DNA of 64,000 nucleotides, taken from positions 114,090-178,089 of the forward strand of contig CANMKR010000001.1 in NCBI GenBank assembly GCA_947498625.1. The letters run 5' to 3'. Under the pieces are notes generated by a model. It saw nothing but the letters and a program-made list of their open reading frames with translations, searched no databases and was not told the origin of the DNA. Of this stretch, positions 10,105-19,683 are shown one piece after another (within the stretch, counting starts at the first letter, position 1; each line of letters opens with the position of its first letter). A program made the translations under genes and the position numbers. Source of the DNA: an uncultured Kangiella sp. GTDB lineage: Bacteria > Pseudomonadota > Gammaproteobacteria > Enterobacterales > Kangiellaceae.

Positions 10105-10338
10105 TAGCAATCCCATTAGCGACTGAATGTGCTGATTATATTTAAGAAATGCATAAGCCAGCCCTTTACTCTTTTCTTCGTTTAAAGAACCTAAATAACT
10201 TTTAATCTGTCTATCTTGTTTAGAAGGCATTATCTCAGCGGCTTCATCGATCGTTGGTAACACCCGATTAAAGTACAAGTAATTACCAATCACAATAACA
10301 ACCATAAATATAATGATAGTTATCCAAAACAACAGCAT
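10066..10338 (-). CDS. Hypothetical small membrane protein with a single N-terminal TM helix.
   Basis: The start ATG overlaps the stop of the upstream TRAP SBP gene (TAATG). The 3' end is convergent with murI and overlaps it by about 39 nt. No homology was recognised. Confidence 0.3.
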   Translation of the reverse strand: MLLFWITIIIFMVVIVIGNYLYFNRVLPTIDEAAEIMPSKQDRQIKSYLGSLNEEKSKGLAYAFLKYNQHIQSLMGLLLICNIIYMSVIE

Positions 10339-11456
10339 TAGCTTCGAGCACTATAATAACTTTGTTCAGAAATTTTATGCCATTGACGCGCTTCATCTCT
10401 AAATTTAATAAATGAATTTAAAATTCGTTTATCTAAATCAGTATTTGCTTGCTCAGCCAGCATTTCATCGGAAATAGTCGCTAATTCGTTTAACACATCT
10501 TGCGGTAACTCTTTTAGTATAACGCCATGCTTTTCTACTAATGTCTTCAGTGCTTCATTATTACGTGCTGTAAATTGCGAAAGCATATCGGCATTAGCAG
10601 TACGACAAGCATTAGTCACGACTTGCTGTAAATCTTCGGGCAACTCTTCATAAGCCTTTTTATTAATTATGGCTTCTAGCGTGGTTCCAGGCTCATGCCA
10701 ACCAGGATGATAATAATATTTTGCAGCCTTAAATAAGCCAAAGGCTAAATCATTATAAGGGCCGACCCATTCAGCGGCATCTATTACCCCTGTCTCTAGT
10801 GAGGTAAAAACTTCTGAACCTGGCATCAATACTGGAATACCACCAGCACGTTTCCACACTTCACCGCCTAAGCCAGGGATCCGCATTTTTAATCCTTTCA
10901 CATCTTCTAAAGAATTAATTTCTTTGTTAAACCAACCTGCCATTTGCACGCCAGTATTTCCCGCTGGCTCAGGTATTAATCCGACAGGTCCATACAACTC
11001 GCGCCATAACTCTATGCCGCCGCCATGCAATAACCAGCCATTCATTTCTTGTGCATTTAAACCAAAAGGTACTGCGGCAAAGAAAGGCGCCATATTGAGT
11101 TTGCCGCGCCAATAATAAGCTGCGCCATGCCCCATGTGTGCAGCACCAATTGCTACTGATTCAAATGCTTGTAAAGCTGGTACTAGCTCACCAGCGCCAT
11201 ATACTTTGACCCGCATACGACCGCCGCTCATGCTATTAATCAACTGCGCTAAATATTCAGCGCCTTCACCCAAACCGGCAAAGTTTTTTGGCCAAGTGGT
11301 CACCATAGTCCACTCAATAACTTTACCCTTAAAAGCTTTCTTTACTGAAGTTTTGTTATCTTCAATTTGTTCTGGTTGTTGACCTTTGCCACAAGCTGTT
11401 AAGCCAACCGCTGCAGCCGACAGACCTAAGGTATTTATAAATTTTCTTCTTTTCAC
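10338..11456 (-). CDS. TRAP transporter periplasmic solute-binding protein (DctP-type, COG4663-like) with a Tat/lipoprotein-like signal.
   Basis: The N-terminus is MKRRKFINTLGLSAAAVGLTAC. The 372 aa size and sequence pattern match the extracytoplasmic solute receptor family of TRAP systems. Confidence 0.7.
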   Translation of the reverse strand: MKRRKFINTLGLSAAAVGLTACGKGQQPEQIEDNKTSVKKAFKGKVIEWTMVTTWPKNFAGLGEGAEYLAQLINSMSGGRMRVKVYGAGELVPALQAFESVAIGAAHMGHGAAYYWRGKLNMAPFFAAVPFGLNAQEMNGWLLHGGGIELWRELYGPVGLIPEPAGNTGVQMAGWFNKEINSLEDVKGLKMRIPGLGGEVWKRAGGIPVLMPGSEVFTSLETGVIDAAEWVGPYNDLAFGLFKAAKYYYHPGWHEPGTTLEAIINKKAYEELPEDLQQVVTNACRTANADMLSQFTARNNEALKTLVEKHGVILKELPQDVLNELATISDEMLAEQANTDLDKRILNSFIKFRDEARQWHKISEQSYYSARS

Positions 11457-11546
11457 GGATCGAATATCCCTTAAAAACTACTGGCAACAATGTACCTACT
11501 ATAATAGGCTATGGCAAATTATTAAAAATGAATTAAAGGCTTTTGA

Positions 11547-12254
11547 ATGTCTAGCTTTATTAATATTTATGAGAATGCTTTGTCTCCAGAATTTTGTCGT
11601 GCTTGTATCGATAAGTTTGAAAAAAGTTCGCACAAACATCAAGGAGAAACCGGCCAGGGCGTTGATAAGATTAAGAAAAACAGTTTGGATTTGACCTGTA
11701 CTAATTATCCCGATGAATGGAATGATGAGATGCAGCACGTTAAGCAAGTTGTTTTAAAAGGCTTAATTCATTATGTTCGACAAAATCCATTTCTGTTAGC
11801 AGGTGCTGTTTCGCTGATGTACCAAAACCAAGATGGTGGTATGGAGCAATTAAGTTATGTCGACGTTGAACAAATGGATGACGAAGCCTTGGGTAACTTT
11901 ATTGGCGCTGTCTATCGTTTAGGTTCTGTAAATCTACAAAAGTACCATAAAGGTGAAGGCGGCTATTTCCATTGGCATTCCGAGCATTATCCACACCCAA
12001 CAGATCCCCACCAAGATTCACTGCATAGAACCTTGGTCTGGATGTTTTATTTAAACGATGTTGAAGATGGAGGAGAAACTGAGTTCTTCTACCAAAAATT
12101 CAAAAGTAAACCTAAACAAGGTTCTTTGGTTATTTTCCCCGGTGATTTTACCCATACTCATCGTGGTCAAAAACCTGTATCTAATGATAAATACATTTTC
12201 ACTAGTTGGGTCTTGTATAACCGCGCGCAAGATATGTACGGTGAAGCGAAATAA
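11547..12254 (+). CDS. 2OG-Fe(II) oxygenase, prolyl 4-hydroxylase-like.
   Basis: The metal-binding pattern is H-x-H/E ... H (FHWHSEH ... GGETEF ... THTHRG), which is characteristic of P4Hc-type dioxygenases. Confidence 0.65.
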   Translation: MSSFINIYENALSPEFCRACIDKFEKSSHKHQGETGQGVDKIKKNSLDLTCTNYPDEWNDEMQHVKQVVLKGLIHYVRQNPFLLAGAVSLMYQNQDGGMEQLSYVDVEQMDDEALGNFIGAVYRLGSVNLQKYHKGEGGYFHWHSEHYPHPTDPHQDSLHRTLVWMFYLNDVEDGGETEFFYQKFKSKPKQGSLVIFPGDFTHTHRGQKPVSNDKYIFTSWVLYNRAQDMYGEAK

Positions 12255-12270
12255 TCATTTCTCTATCATA

Positions 12271-12301
12271 AAAAAAGCGCTCTTAATGAGCGCTTTTTTT
12301 T
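12271..12301. terminator. Bidirectional rho-independent terminator.
   Basis: The hairpin AGCGCTC-ttaat-GAGCGCT is flanked by AAAAAAA on one side and TTTTTTT on the other. Confidence 0.85.
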
Positions 12302-12326
12302 CTAACTATATTTAAGTGCTATATAT

Positions 12327-13442
12327 TTAAAGCACAATAATTGGATAAGAACCGCCTCGACCATCACTGACTGAACCATCGGTTCTTGAACTTCCCATCA
12401 TCAATACCGCGCAAGCATGCGGAGATGCCATTGAAGTACCTGAAATGGTATTAGTTCCACCACTTTTCCATAATGAAAAAATACCTGAACCTGGCGCTGC
12501 ATAATCTACATCATTTCCATAGTTGGAATAGGATGCCCAAGTATCGCCTTGCCCCATAGCGGCGATGGTATAAACATTATTGCCATTGGCGCTTGCTGGA
12601 GAGAAGCCGCTTGCGTTGCGAGCATCATTACCTGCTGCAATCACAAAATGCGCATTAGTACTTCTTGCTGCAGCCTCAACAGCGGCATTAACAGCTCCGT
12701 CTGCTGGTCCGCCTAAACTCATGTTCACGCAATCACCTGATCCGGCTCTGGCCGCCACATGATCAACACCTGCAATAATACCTGAGTAAGAACCTGAGCC
12801 GCGACGGTTTAATACACGAATAGGCACTACCGTAGCACCCTGTGCAACACCTAATGCTCCAATACCATTATCAATCGCTGCTACCGTGCCAGCAACATGA
12901 GTACCGTGACCATTTTGATCTTCCATACCGCCATTAATACCCGAAGCTACAAACCCTTGGCTTGCATCAACGTTTAAATCTGGGTGATCTAAATCGATCC
13001 CTGAATCCACAATCCAAGCCGTTTTACCGACTCCATTTACAGTACCGCCAACTCGAGTGGTACCGTAAGAAACTTGTTGGCCTCCGCCGCCACCGCCACC
13101 GCCTGGCTTACCTTTGAAAGATGCAGTGACGATACCGTCTGGATACATTGCTTTCACACTGCCGTCGTCGCCAAAGGCCTTTTGCGCCGCATGGCATGGC
13201 ATATTAGCCGTGAACCCTTTTATCGAATGCTTATAAACATCGCGCACAGAAGCATTACCACGTTTTGCTAAAGCATTAGCTAAGCCTTTCACTTGATTGC
13301 CGTCGATGCTGTCTTGTAATTGAACGATACAACGATTCTGTACGTTTAAGAAATCAGTGTCGCCACCGAATGTTGGTTTGTCTGCCATAGCCACATTGGC
13401 TACTGCCAGTGACACAGCACCGGCTACTAATGTTAATTTCAT
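12327..13442 (-). CDS. Secreted subtilisin-like serine protease (peptidase S8) with an N-terminal I9-type propeptide and a Gly8 linker.
   Basis: There is a signal peptide. The catalytic triad motifs are DSGIDLDHPD (Asp), HGTHVAGT (His) and GTSMASPH (Ser). A poly-Gly run GGGGGGGGQQ is encoded at 13074-13105. Confidence 0.85.
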   Translation of the reverse strand: MKLTLVAGAVSLAVANVAMADKPTFGGDTDFLNVQNRCIVQLQDSIDGNQVKGLANALAKRGNASVRDVYKHSIKGFTANMPCHAAQKAFGDDGSVKAMYPDGIVTASFKGKPGGGGGGGGQQVSYGTTRVGGTVNGVGKTAWIVDSGIDLDHPDLNVDASQGFVASGINGGMEDQNGHGTHVAGTVAAIDNGIGALGVAQGATVVPIRVLNRRGSGSYSGIIAGVDHVAARAGSGDCVNMSLGGPADGAVNAAVEAAARSTNAHFVIAAGNDARNASGFSPASANGNNVYTIAAMGQGDTWASYSNYGNDVDYAAPGSGIFSLWKSGGTNTISGTSMASPHACAVLMMGSSRTDGSVSDGRGGSYPIIVL

Positions 13443-13599
13443 TTCCTACCCCATATGTATTAATGAATTGTTATTTCTCATGAAACATGAGCATTAACTT
13501 TATACCAATTTATTCAGTTCAGAACAATTCGAATTGATAAATAAAAGTAATGGTCAAACCAGGAAGTCATTATAATTTTTATCCCTTTTAGTCATTCCA

Positions 13600-13628
13600 A
13601 AAAAAACCCCGCATAAAGCGGGGTTTTT
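13600..13628. terminator. Rho-independent terminator downstream of the second subtilase gene. It is bidirectional.
   Basis: The hairpin CCCCGC-ataaa-GCGGGG has AAAAAAA on the 5' side and TTTTT on the 3' side. Confidence 0.8.
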
Positions 13629-13645
13629 ACTCTAATTTTTATTAC

Positions 13646-15454
13646 TTATAGAGTTATTTCGTTAGTACAAGCTGTTGTAGAGCCTGACTCACATACTTTA
13701 AAGGTATTTGAAGAACCTTTAGAAACGCTGTATGAAGCTGAACCATCATTAGCAGTTGAACCATTGTTACTACCATTGATGAATACATCAACGTTAGAAC
13801 CATTCAAACCACTCCAGCTGATGTTAGCTTGGCGACCACCTTTAGAAGTGTTGCCAGTTAAAGTAGCGTCTCCACCTGGAGGATCAACCGGACCACCATT
13901 ACAACCATTAGCAGTTAGGTAATCGCTAGTGGCTTTTGCTTTAGCAATACCATAACCAAAGTCTACGTCACGACCAGCTGGACCAACATCTTGTGCTGCC
14001 GCTTTTAGTGCTTCACGAATCTCTTCACCAGTACAAGTAGGATGATTTGACCATACTAAAGCTGCCGTACCTGCAACCGTTGGAGTTGCCATTGAAGTAC
14101 CTGAGAATACTGCGTAATCGCCAGCACCACTTTCAATAGTTGCTGAAGCTGCGCCTACGATAGCTGCGCGATCTTCAAATGCTGCGCCTACGGCTGGAAC
14201 CGTACCTTCTGCACCAGTGATGTCCATGTTTACCGGACCTTCGCCAGCTACATTATTGATTACGACTGCACCAACACCGCCAGAATTTGCACAGTTGTTG
14301 ATTTTATCGGCAAAAGAAATGTTACCACGGTCAATGATACAAACTTTACCGTTTGCGCCTGAGTTAGTAGCTTCTGCAGTACCCATAAAGAAAGTATCCG
14401 CAGTTACGTTACCAGTGTTTGAAGTAGAAGAAGCAGTAACCGCTGTGCCATCTACTGTCAACGCTGCAGATGCGCCAGTGCCTGAAGGTACTGTTGATAA
14501 TACATCTTGTCCACCTGCAGAAATCTCTACACAAATTCTTTCATTAGTAGTAGTTGTAGCATTTTTACCACGCCCTGATCTTTGCTCACAAGAAGGGAAC
14601 TGAGAAGCTGCGTATTTCTCGTTGTCTTTGTTTACGCCACCAACCATCATAGAAGCTTCATAACCTGCTGGGTAAGAACGAGTAGTGTTACCGTCGTTAC
14701 CTGCTGCTACTAACACGATACCGCCATTGTCTACGAAGTTTTGGATTGCATTTTCTTCTGTAGAGTTAGCACCACCGCCACCCAGTGACATATTGATGAT
14801 GTTTGCGCCAGCTGCACCACATAGGTTAACCGCTTTAGCTAAATCTGAAGAGTAACCATAACCTGCTGCGTTGAATACTTTGATGATGTGCATGTCAACA
14901 CCAGGAGCAACACCAATAATACCTACGCCATTGTCTGCTGCACCGATAGTACCCGCTACGTGAGTACCGTGAGCACCACCGTCACGGAACCAGTCGCCAG
15001 TACCTGAATCGTTGTCACCCGTAATTCTTGAGAAATCAAAATCGTTGTTACGACCGCCAGTTTCACCATTATCACGCGCTAAACCAGAGTCAATAACACA
15101 AACTTTCATGCCTGCATTTCGGTCAAGCGTTAACTGGTCGCCTTCAACTTGCAAATAGTTGTAAGGAAGAACCTGAACACTGTTCGGGTTACCAGCTGTA
15201 TCGCTAAAGCTCATTGGGAAACGCTTAACGTCCGCTTCCATATTTTTAAAGCCTTTCTTGCCACGAAGAGCACTTTTACCATTTTCATCTAAATCAACAG
15301 CAAACCAACCATTACCGTCTACTAATACATTGTGACCTTTTTTCAGACCATTACCATTAGTACCATCGTGCGTTACAATCATGCGCTCTGCGTGAACAGC
15401 TGTGCCTAATGCTAATAAAGAAGCAGCACATGCTAGTTTCATTTTAAATTTCAT
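13646..15454 (-). CDS. Secreted subtilisin-like serine protease (S8) with an inserted PA (protease-associated) domain and a C-terminal beta-domain.
   Basis: There is a signal peptide. The triad motifs are CVIDSGL (Asp), HGTHVAGTIGA (His) and GTSMATPTVAG (Ser). A long insertion between His and Ser resembles a PA domain. Confidence 0.85.
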   Translation of the reverse strand: MKFKMKLACAASLLALGTAVHAERMIVTHDGTNGNGLKKGHNVLVDGNGWFAVDLDENGKSALRGKKGFKNMEADVKRFPMSFSDTAGNPNSVQVLPYNYLQVEGDQLTLDRNAGMKVCVIDSGLARDNGETGGRNNDFDFSRITGDNDSGTGDWFRDGGAHGTHVAGTIGAADNGVGIIGVAPGVDMHIIKVFNAAGYGYSSDLAKAVNLCGAAGANIINMSLGGGGANSTEENAIQNFVDNGGIVLVAAGNDGNTTRSYPAGYEASMMVGGVNKDNEKYAASQFPSCEQRSGRGKNATTTTNERICVEISAGGQDVLSTVPSGTGASAALTVDGTAVTASSTSNTGNVTADTFFMGTAEATNSGANGKVCIIDRGNISFADKINNCANSGGVGAVVINNVAGEGPVNMDITGAEGTVPAVGAAFEDRAAIVGAASATIESGAGDYAVFSGTSMATPTVAGTAALVWSNHPTCTGEEIREALKAAAQDVGPAGRDVDFGYGIAKAKATSDYLTANGCNGGPVDPPGGDATLTGNTSKGGRQANISWSGLNGSNVDVFINGSNNGSTANDGSASYSVSKGSSNTFKVCESGSTTACTNEITL

Positions 15455-15491
15455 AGTTACCCCAACGAATGAAATATTGTTATATAAAAAA

Positions 15492-15533
15492 CCTCATTGC
15501 TATAAAACTGCAAAGCTTTATAGCAATGAGGTC
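15492..15533 (-). terminator. Rho-independent terminator for uvrD.
   Basis: A perfect 15-bp palindrome (CCTCATTGCTATAAA / TTTATAGCAATGAGG) is followed, on the minus strand, by TTTTTATATAA. Confidence 0.75.
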
Positions 15534-15750
15534 TGACCTGCGATCTACATCACGCTTTGATTTTTACAATTCATTACATAAAAATCAATCATTATTTTTA
15601 ATAATTCGAAGTATTAATTTTTCTAATCTTAAAATTCGATACAAATCAACAAGTTAACAAAGAGCAACATTGACTGGTCAGAGTTTTGACCAGTATTTAA
15701 AGCACTTTAATGATTTTCTATTTGTCCGATATTCTTATATATCCTAAAAT

Positions 15751-17925
15751 TTAATTGATAGGTTCTAACTTCGCATAAGCTATCATTAATTTTTTCAATC
15801 CATCATTTTCGAAGTTGATTTGCACAGAAGCTTGGGGGCCATCGCCTTCATAATTGATAATAATCCCTTTGCCAAACTTAGGATGCTTGACCAACTGCCC
15901 TAAGTAGAAACCTTCTGGTCCTTTCTTGCGGATAGGCGACTCTTTAACAAACACCGGTCTTTGCACTTGAGTATTGAGTCGCACTTCTGTCAATAGCTCC
16001 GAGGGTATTTCACGTACAAAACGCGAAACTTGTGGGTACGATTCCCGGCCAAATAAGCGACGCTTCTCGGCGTAGGTTAAATACAATTGTTTCATGGCTC
16101 GAGTAATACCAACGTAAGCAAGTCGTCTTTCTTCTTCTAAACCGCCCGGCTCATCCACTGACATTTGATGGGGAAATAACTTTTCTTCAACCCCGGCTAT
16201 GAAGACTAAAGGAAACTCCAATCCTTTGGCTGAGTGTAAAGTCATCATCTGCACCGACTCTTGATACTCCTCAGCCTGATTGTCACCTGCCTCTAATGAA
16301 GCGTGCGACAAAAATGCGGTTAATTCACTCATATCTGGAAGTTCTTCTGGCACCATTTCATCGGGATCAAAATCCCTAGCAGCGCTGATTAATTCTTGTA
16401 GATTTTCTTTACGCGCCTGGCCTTTTTCACCTTTTTCTTTGGAATACATTTCAAGCAAACCAGAATGCTCGATCACAATTTCTGTTTGTTCGCCTAGCCC
16501 AAGTTCTTGCGTATCCGAATCGAGCTCATCCACTAATTTAATAAATCCCTCTAGAGCATTTCTAGCTCTTGGAGTTAATAACTGCTCACTTACCATTTTA
16601 GTAGCGGCCTGCCATAGTGAAATTTGCTCTGCTCGTGCAACTTCTCGAACCGAATCAACGGACTTTTGGCCTAAGCCACGTGCCGGTTGATTAACTACCC
16701 GTTCAAAAGAGGCATCATCATCACGATTGGTCATTAAACGCAAATAAGCCAAAGTATCTTTAACTTCCGCGCGCTCGAAGAATCGCAAACCACCATAAAT
16801 TCGATAAGGAATGCCTTTAAGCAACATGGCTTCTTCTAAAATTCTCGATTGAGCATTCGAGCGATATAAAATAGCAATATCGTTATAGGACTCACCCTGC
16901 TCTACCCAGTCTTGAATTCGCGAAGCAATAAAGCGTGCTTCTTCTTGTTCATTAAAGGCTGCATATAAACAGATAGGATCGCCTTGATTGCCTTCCGTCC
17001 AAAGGTTTTTACCCATGCGATCGTTGTTATTAGCAATTACGGCATTGGCCGCCTGCAAAATGGTAGAGGTCGAACGATAGTTCTGCTCAAGTCGAGAAAC
17101 TTTGCAATCGGGAAAGTCGTTTTCAAATTGGCGAATGTTTTCTATCTTGGCCCCGCGCCATCCATAAATCGATTGATCGTCATCGCCGACTATTGTGATC
17201 CGATTGTTGTCATTGGTTAGCATTCGGATCCAAGCATATTGGATATGGTTAGTATCTTGAAATTCGTCAACTAATATATGCTGAAAACGATCTTGGTAAT
17301 GTTTTAACAAAGCCGGATTATTTGCCCATAGCTCATAGGCTCTTAACAGCAGCTCATTGAAATCGACTAAACCCGCCGTTTTACAAGCTTCTTCATAAGC
17401 ATAATAGACCTTAACCATGGTGCTGATAAAAAAGTCACCGTGATGATGAATACTGCCCGGTCTTAACCCCTCATCTTTTTTGGCATTAATATACCATTGG
17501 GCTTGCTTGGGTGGCCACTCATTATCATCTAAATTAAGCTCCTTCATGACTCGCTTAATTACTCGTAATTGATCTTGTGAATCAAGGATCTGAAAGCCTT
17601 CAGGCAAACCTGCATCTTTGTGATGAGCACGTAACAAGCGATGAGCAATCGAGTGAAAAGTGCCTATCCACATTCCTCTGGCGGGCATTGCTAGCATCTC
17701 TTCGACTCGTCCACGCATTTCGTGCGCCGCTTTATTGGTGAAGGTTACTGCCAAAATGCTGTGTGCAGAAACATGCTCCACCTGAACCAACCAGGCGATT
17801 CGATGAACTAGTACACGAGTTTTACCAGAACCAGCACCCGCTAAAACCAATAAAGCTTTATTCGGCGCAGTAACCGCTTCTGTTTGTGGATCGTTTAAGG
17901 AATCGAGTATGCTAGCGGCATCCAT
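15751..17925 (-). CDS. uvrD: DNA helicase II UvrD.
   Basis: The 724 aa product has Walker A AGAGSGKTRVL at its N-terminus and UvrD/Rep helicase motifs throughout. The C-terminal Tudor-like tail is GKGIIINYEGDG. Synteny with yigB-xerC supports the call. Confidence 0.9.
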   Translation of the reverse strand: MDAASILDSLNDPQTEAVTAPNKALLVLAGAGSGKTRVLVHRIAWLVQVEHVSAHSILAVTFTNKAAHEMRGRVEEMLAMPARGMWIGTFHSIAHRLLRAHHKDAGLPEGFQILDSQDQLRVIKRVMKELNLDDNEWPPKQAQWYINAKKDEGLRPGSIHHHGDFFISTMVKVYYAYEEACKTAGLVDFNELLLRAYELWANNPALLKHYQDRFQHILVDEFQDTNHIQYAWIRMLTNDNNRITIVGDDDQSIYGWRGAKIENIRQFENDFPDCKVSRLEQNYRSTSTILQAANAVIANNNDRMGKNLWTEGNQGDPICLYAAFNEQEEARFIASRIQDWVEQGESYNDIAILYRSNAQSRILEEAMLLKGIPYRIYGGLRFFERAEVKDTLAYLRLMTNRDDDASFERVVNQPARGLGQKSVDSVREVARAEQISLWQAATKMVSEQLLTPRARNALEGFIKLVDELDSDTQELGLGEQTEIVIEHSGLLEMYSKEKGEKGQARKENLQELISAARDFDPDEMVPEELPDMSELTAFLSHASLEAGDNQAEEYQESVQMMTLHSAKGLEFPLVFIAGVEEKLFPHQMSVDEPGGLEEERRLAYVGITRAMKQLYLTYAEKRRLFGRESYPQVSRFVREIPSELLTEVRLNTQVQRPVFVKESPIRKKGPEGFYLGQLVKHPKFGKGIIINYEGDGPQASVQINFENDGLKKLMIAYAKLEPIN

Positions 17926-17936
17926 TTGAGTTATGC

Positions 17937-18713
17937 TTGAAGAAAATATTCGGTGTAAACTATTCTATGAAAAAACTGACAGCATTATTAGCTTTTTCGT
18001 TATTTTCTTGTACTTCAGTTATTAATTTAGACAATCAAGAATCTATTTCTTTAGCTTATGTCCAGCAAAAAGCCTTAGTCGAAAACTCAAATAAAACCAT
18101 TATTGGCTATAAAGCAGGCCTCACCTCAAAAGCTGGCCAAGCTAAGTTTGGTGTTACTGAGCCAGTAGCCGGTGTTTTATTTAAAGCGGGATTATCCAGT
18201 AACCGACAAGTGTATCAATTAGCTGATTACCAACAGCTTATGCTGGAAACAGAAATTGGCTTTACCCTTAATTCTGACTTAAACCACCCAATTAATAAAC
18301 CAGAACAGCTTTACAAGATTATCGATACAGTTTTTCCAGTAATTGAATTACCGAATTTAGCCTATCCTGATCTGAGCAAAGTAACAGGATTAACATTAAT
18401 AGAAACCAATGTTGCCGCTAACCATATATTAATTGGCCAACAAAAGCCGCTTGGTAATATTCAATTAAATGCTATTCAAACCCAGTTATTAGGCAACGGA
18501 CAAACCCTAATCCAAGGTCAGGCAACAGATGCCATGGGCGATCAGTTAATCGCTTTGCAATGGTTGCTGAATCGATTGATAAAATCAGGCTATAGTATTA
18601 AAAAAGGCGATATTTTAATCACCGGCGCTTTGGGTAACATGATCCCTGCACAAGCCGGCCAATACGATGCCGACTTTGGTCCATTAGGCAAACTCTCTTT
18701 TTCTATTAGGTAA
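17937..18713 (+). CDS. MhpD/HpaH-family hydratase (2-keto-4-pentenoate hydratase-like) with a lipoprotein signal peptide.
   Basis: Three motifs parallel E. coli MhpD: GYKAGLTSKAGQAKFGV, ETEIGFTLNSDL and GDILITGALGNMIPAQAGQYDADFGPLGKLSF. The N-terminus MKKLTALLAFSLFSC has a lipobox. The true start may be the second Met, at 17967. Confidence 0.65.
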   Translation: MKKIFGVNYSMKKLTALLAFSLFSCTSVINLDNQESISLAYVQQKALVENSNKTIIGYKAGLTSKAGQAKFGVTEPVAGVLFKAGLSSNRQVYQLADYQQLMLETEIGFTLNSDLNHPINKPEQLYKIIDTVFPVIELPNLAYPDLSKVTGLTLIETNVAANHILIGQQKPLGNIQLNAIQTQLLGNGQTLIQGQATDAMGDQLIALQWLLNRLIKSGYSIKKGDILITGALGNMIPAQAGQYDADFGPLGKLSFSIR

Positions 18714-18719
18714 TTATTC

Positions 18720-19673
18720 ATGACGACAGCAGTTCTTTTAGACGCCGATACTTTGGGCAACTGGCAAGGGAATGAAAGCGATCCAGGATTTGTTGACCTG
18801 TCGCCAATGGCCAATCTATTTACCCACTTTAAAGCTTATCCTTTAACCTCTCCGGAACAACGCCTAGAGCGCTGTAAAGATGCGCAAGTTATCATCACCA
18901 ATAAAGTGATCTTAGACAAAGCCTTGTTAGAGCAATTACCTGAGTTAAAAATCATTCAACTAACAGCAACTGGAATGAATAATGTAGATTTAGAGGCGTG
19001 TAAAGAATTAGGTATTACAGCACTCAACGTCGAAGACTATTCAAGCTTTACCGTCGCTCAGTTGGCCTTCCAATTTATTCTGAATTTTGCCACTCGCACC
19101 ATTGAGCATAATGCATTAGTCAAATCTGGAGCTTGGCAAACAAGCCGCGTTTTCACTTTAACCAATTACCCGACTATAGAAGTTGCTGGCAAAAATTTAT
19201 TGATTATTGGGCAAGGCAATATCGGAAAAACTTTAGCTAACATGGCGCAAGCATTTCAAATGAATGTGCAGTTCGCTCAATTGCCGAATCGCCCAAAGCG
19301 TGACAATCAAGTTCCATTAGAAGATGCTATCAAACAAGCCGACTTTATTAGTCTGAATTGCCCTTTGTCCGATGATACTTATCAGATGGTCAATAGTGAT
19401 TTTTTGCAGAAAATGAAAACCTCTGGGTATTTGATCAATACAGCCAGAGGTCCAATTATTAATGAGGGAGATTTAGCTACTGCTTTAGAGCAAAAAGTCA
19501 TTGCTGGAGCAGCATTAGATGTCCTATCTCAAGAACCTCCAGAAAAAGACAATCCATTGCTAGTAAAAGATTTGTCTAATCTGGTAGTTACTCCACACAT
19601 TGCTTGGGCTTCGCAAGAAGCCAAGCAACGTTTAATTGCTAAAATCAAACTTCAACTCGAGGCTATCATTTAG
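18720..19673 (+). CDS. D-isomer-specific 2-hydroxyacid dehydrogenase (glycerate/hydroxypyruvate reductase-like).
   Basis: The NAD-binding motif is GQGNIGKT. The family signature with the catalytic His is VTPHIAWAS. Confidence 0.75.
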   Translation: MTTAVLLDADTLGNWQGNESDPGFVDLSPMANLFTHFKAYPLTSPEQRLERCKDAQVIITNKVILDKALLEQLPELKIIQLTATGMNNVDLEACKELGITALNVEDYSSFTVAQLAFQFILNFATRTIEHNALVKSGAWQTSRVFTLTNYPTIEVAGKNLLIIGQGNIGKTLANMAQAFQMNVQFAQLPNRPKRDNQVPLEDAIKQADFISLNCPLSDDTYQMVNSDFLQKMKTSGYLINTARGPIINEGDLATALEQKVIAGAALDVLSQEPPEKDNPLLVKDLSNLVVTPHIAWASQEAKQRLIAKIKLQLEAII

Positions 19674-19683
19674 TCCATTAAAT

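Noticed and set aside
11386-12315. Small ORFs 11386-11694, 11499-11747 and 12058-12315 around the P4H-like gene.
   Set aside because: They overlap the promoter region or the 2OG oxygenase gene in other frames. The 12058-12315 ORF runs through the bidirectional terminator. None has a motif.
12327-15454. Interpreting the elevated GC of the subtilase genes as definitive horizontal transfer.
   Set aside because: Gly/Ala/Thr-rich secreted proteins inherently raise GC, and I cannot compute GC3 or codon bias here. This is kept only as a hedged part of a finding.
15469-15657. 62 aa ORF downstream of uvrD.
   Set aside because: It spans the uvrD terminator palindrome and AT-rich intergenic DNA. No coding signal was seen.
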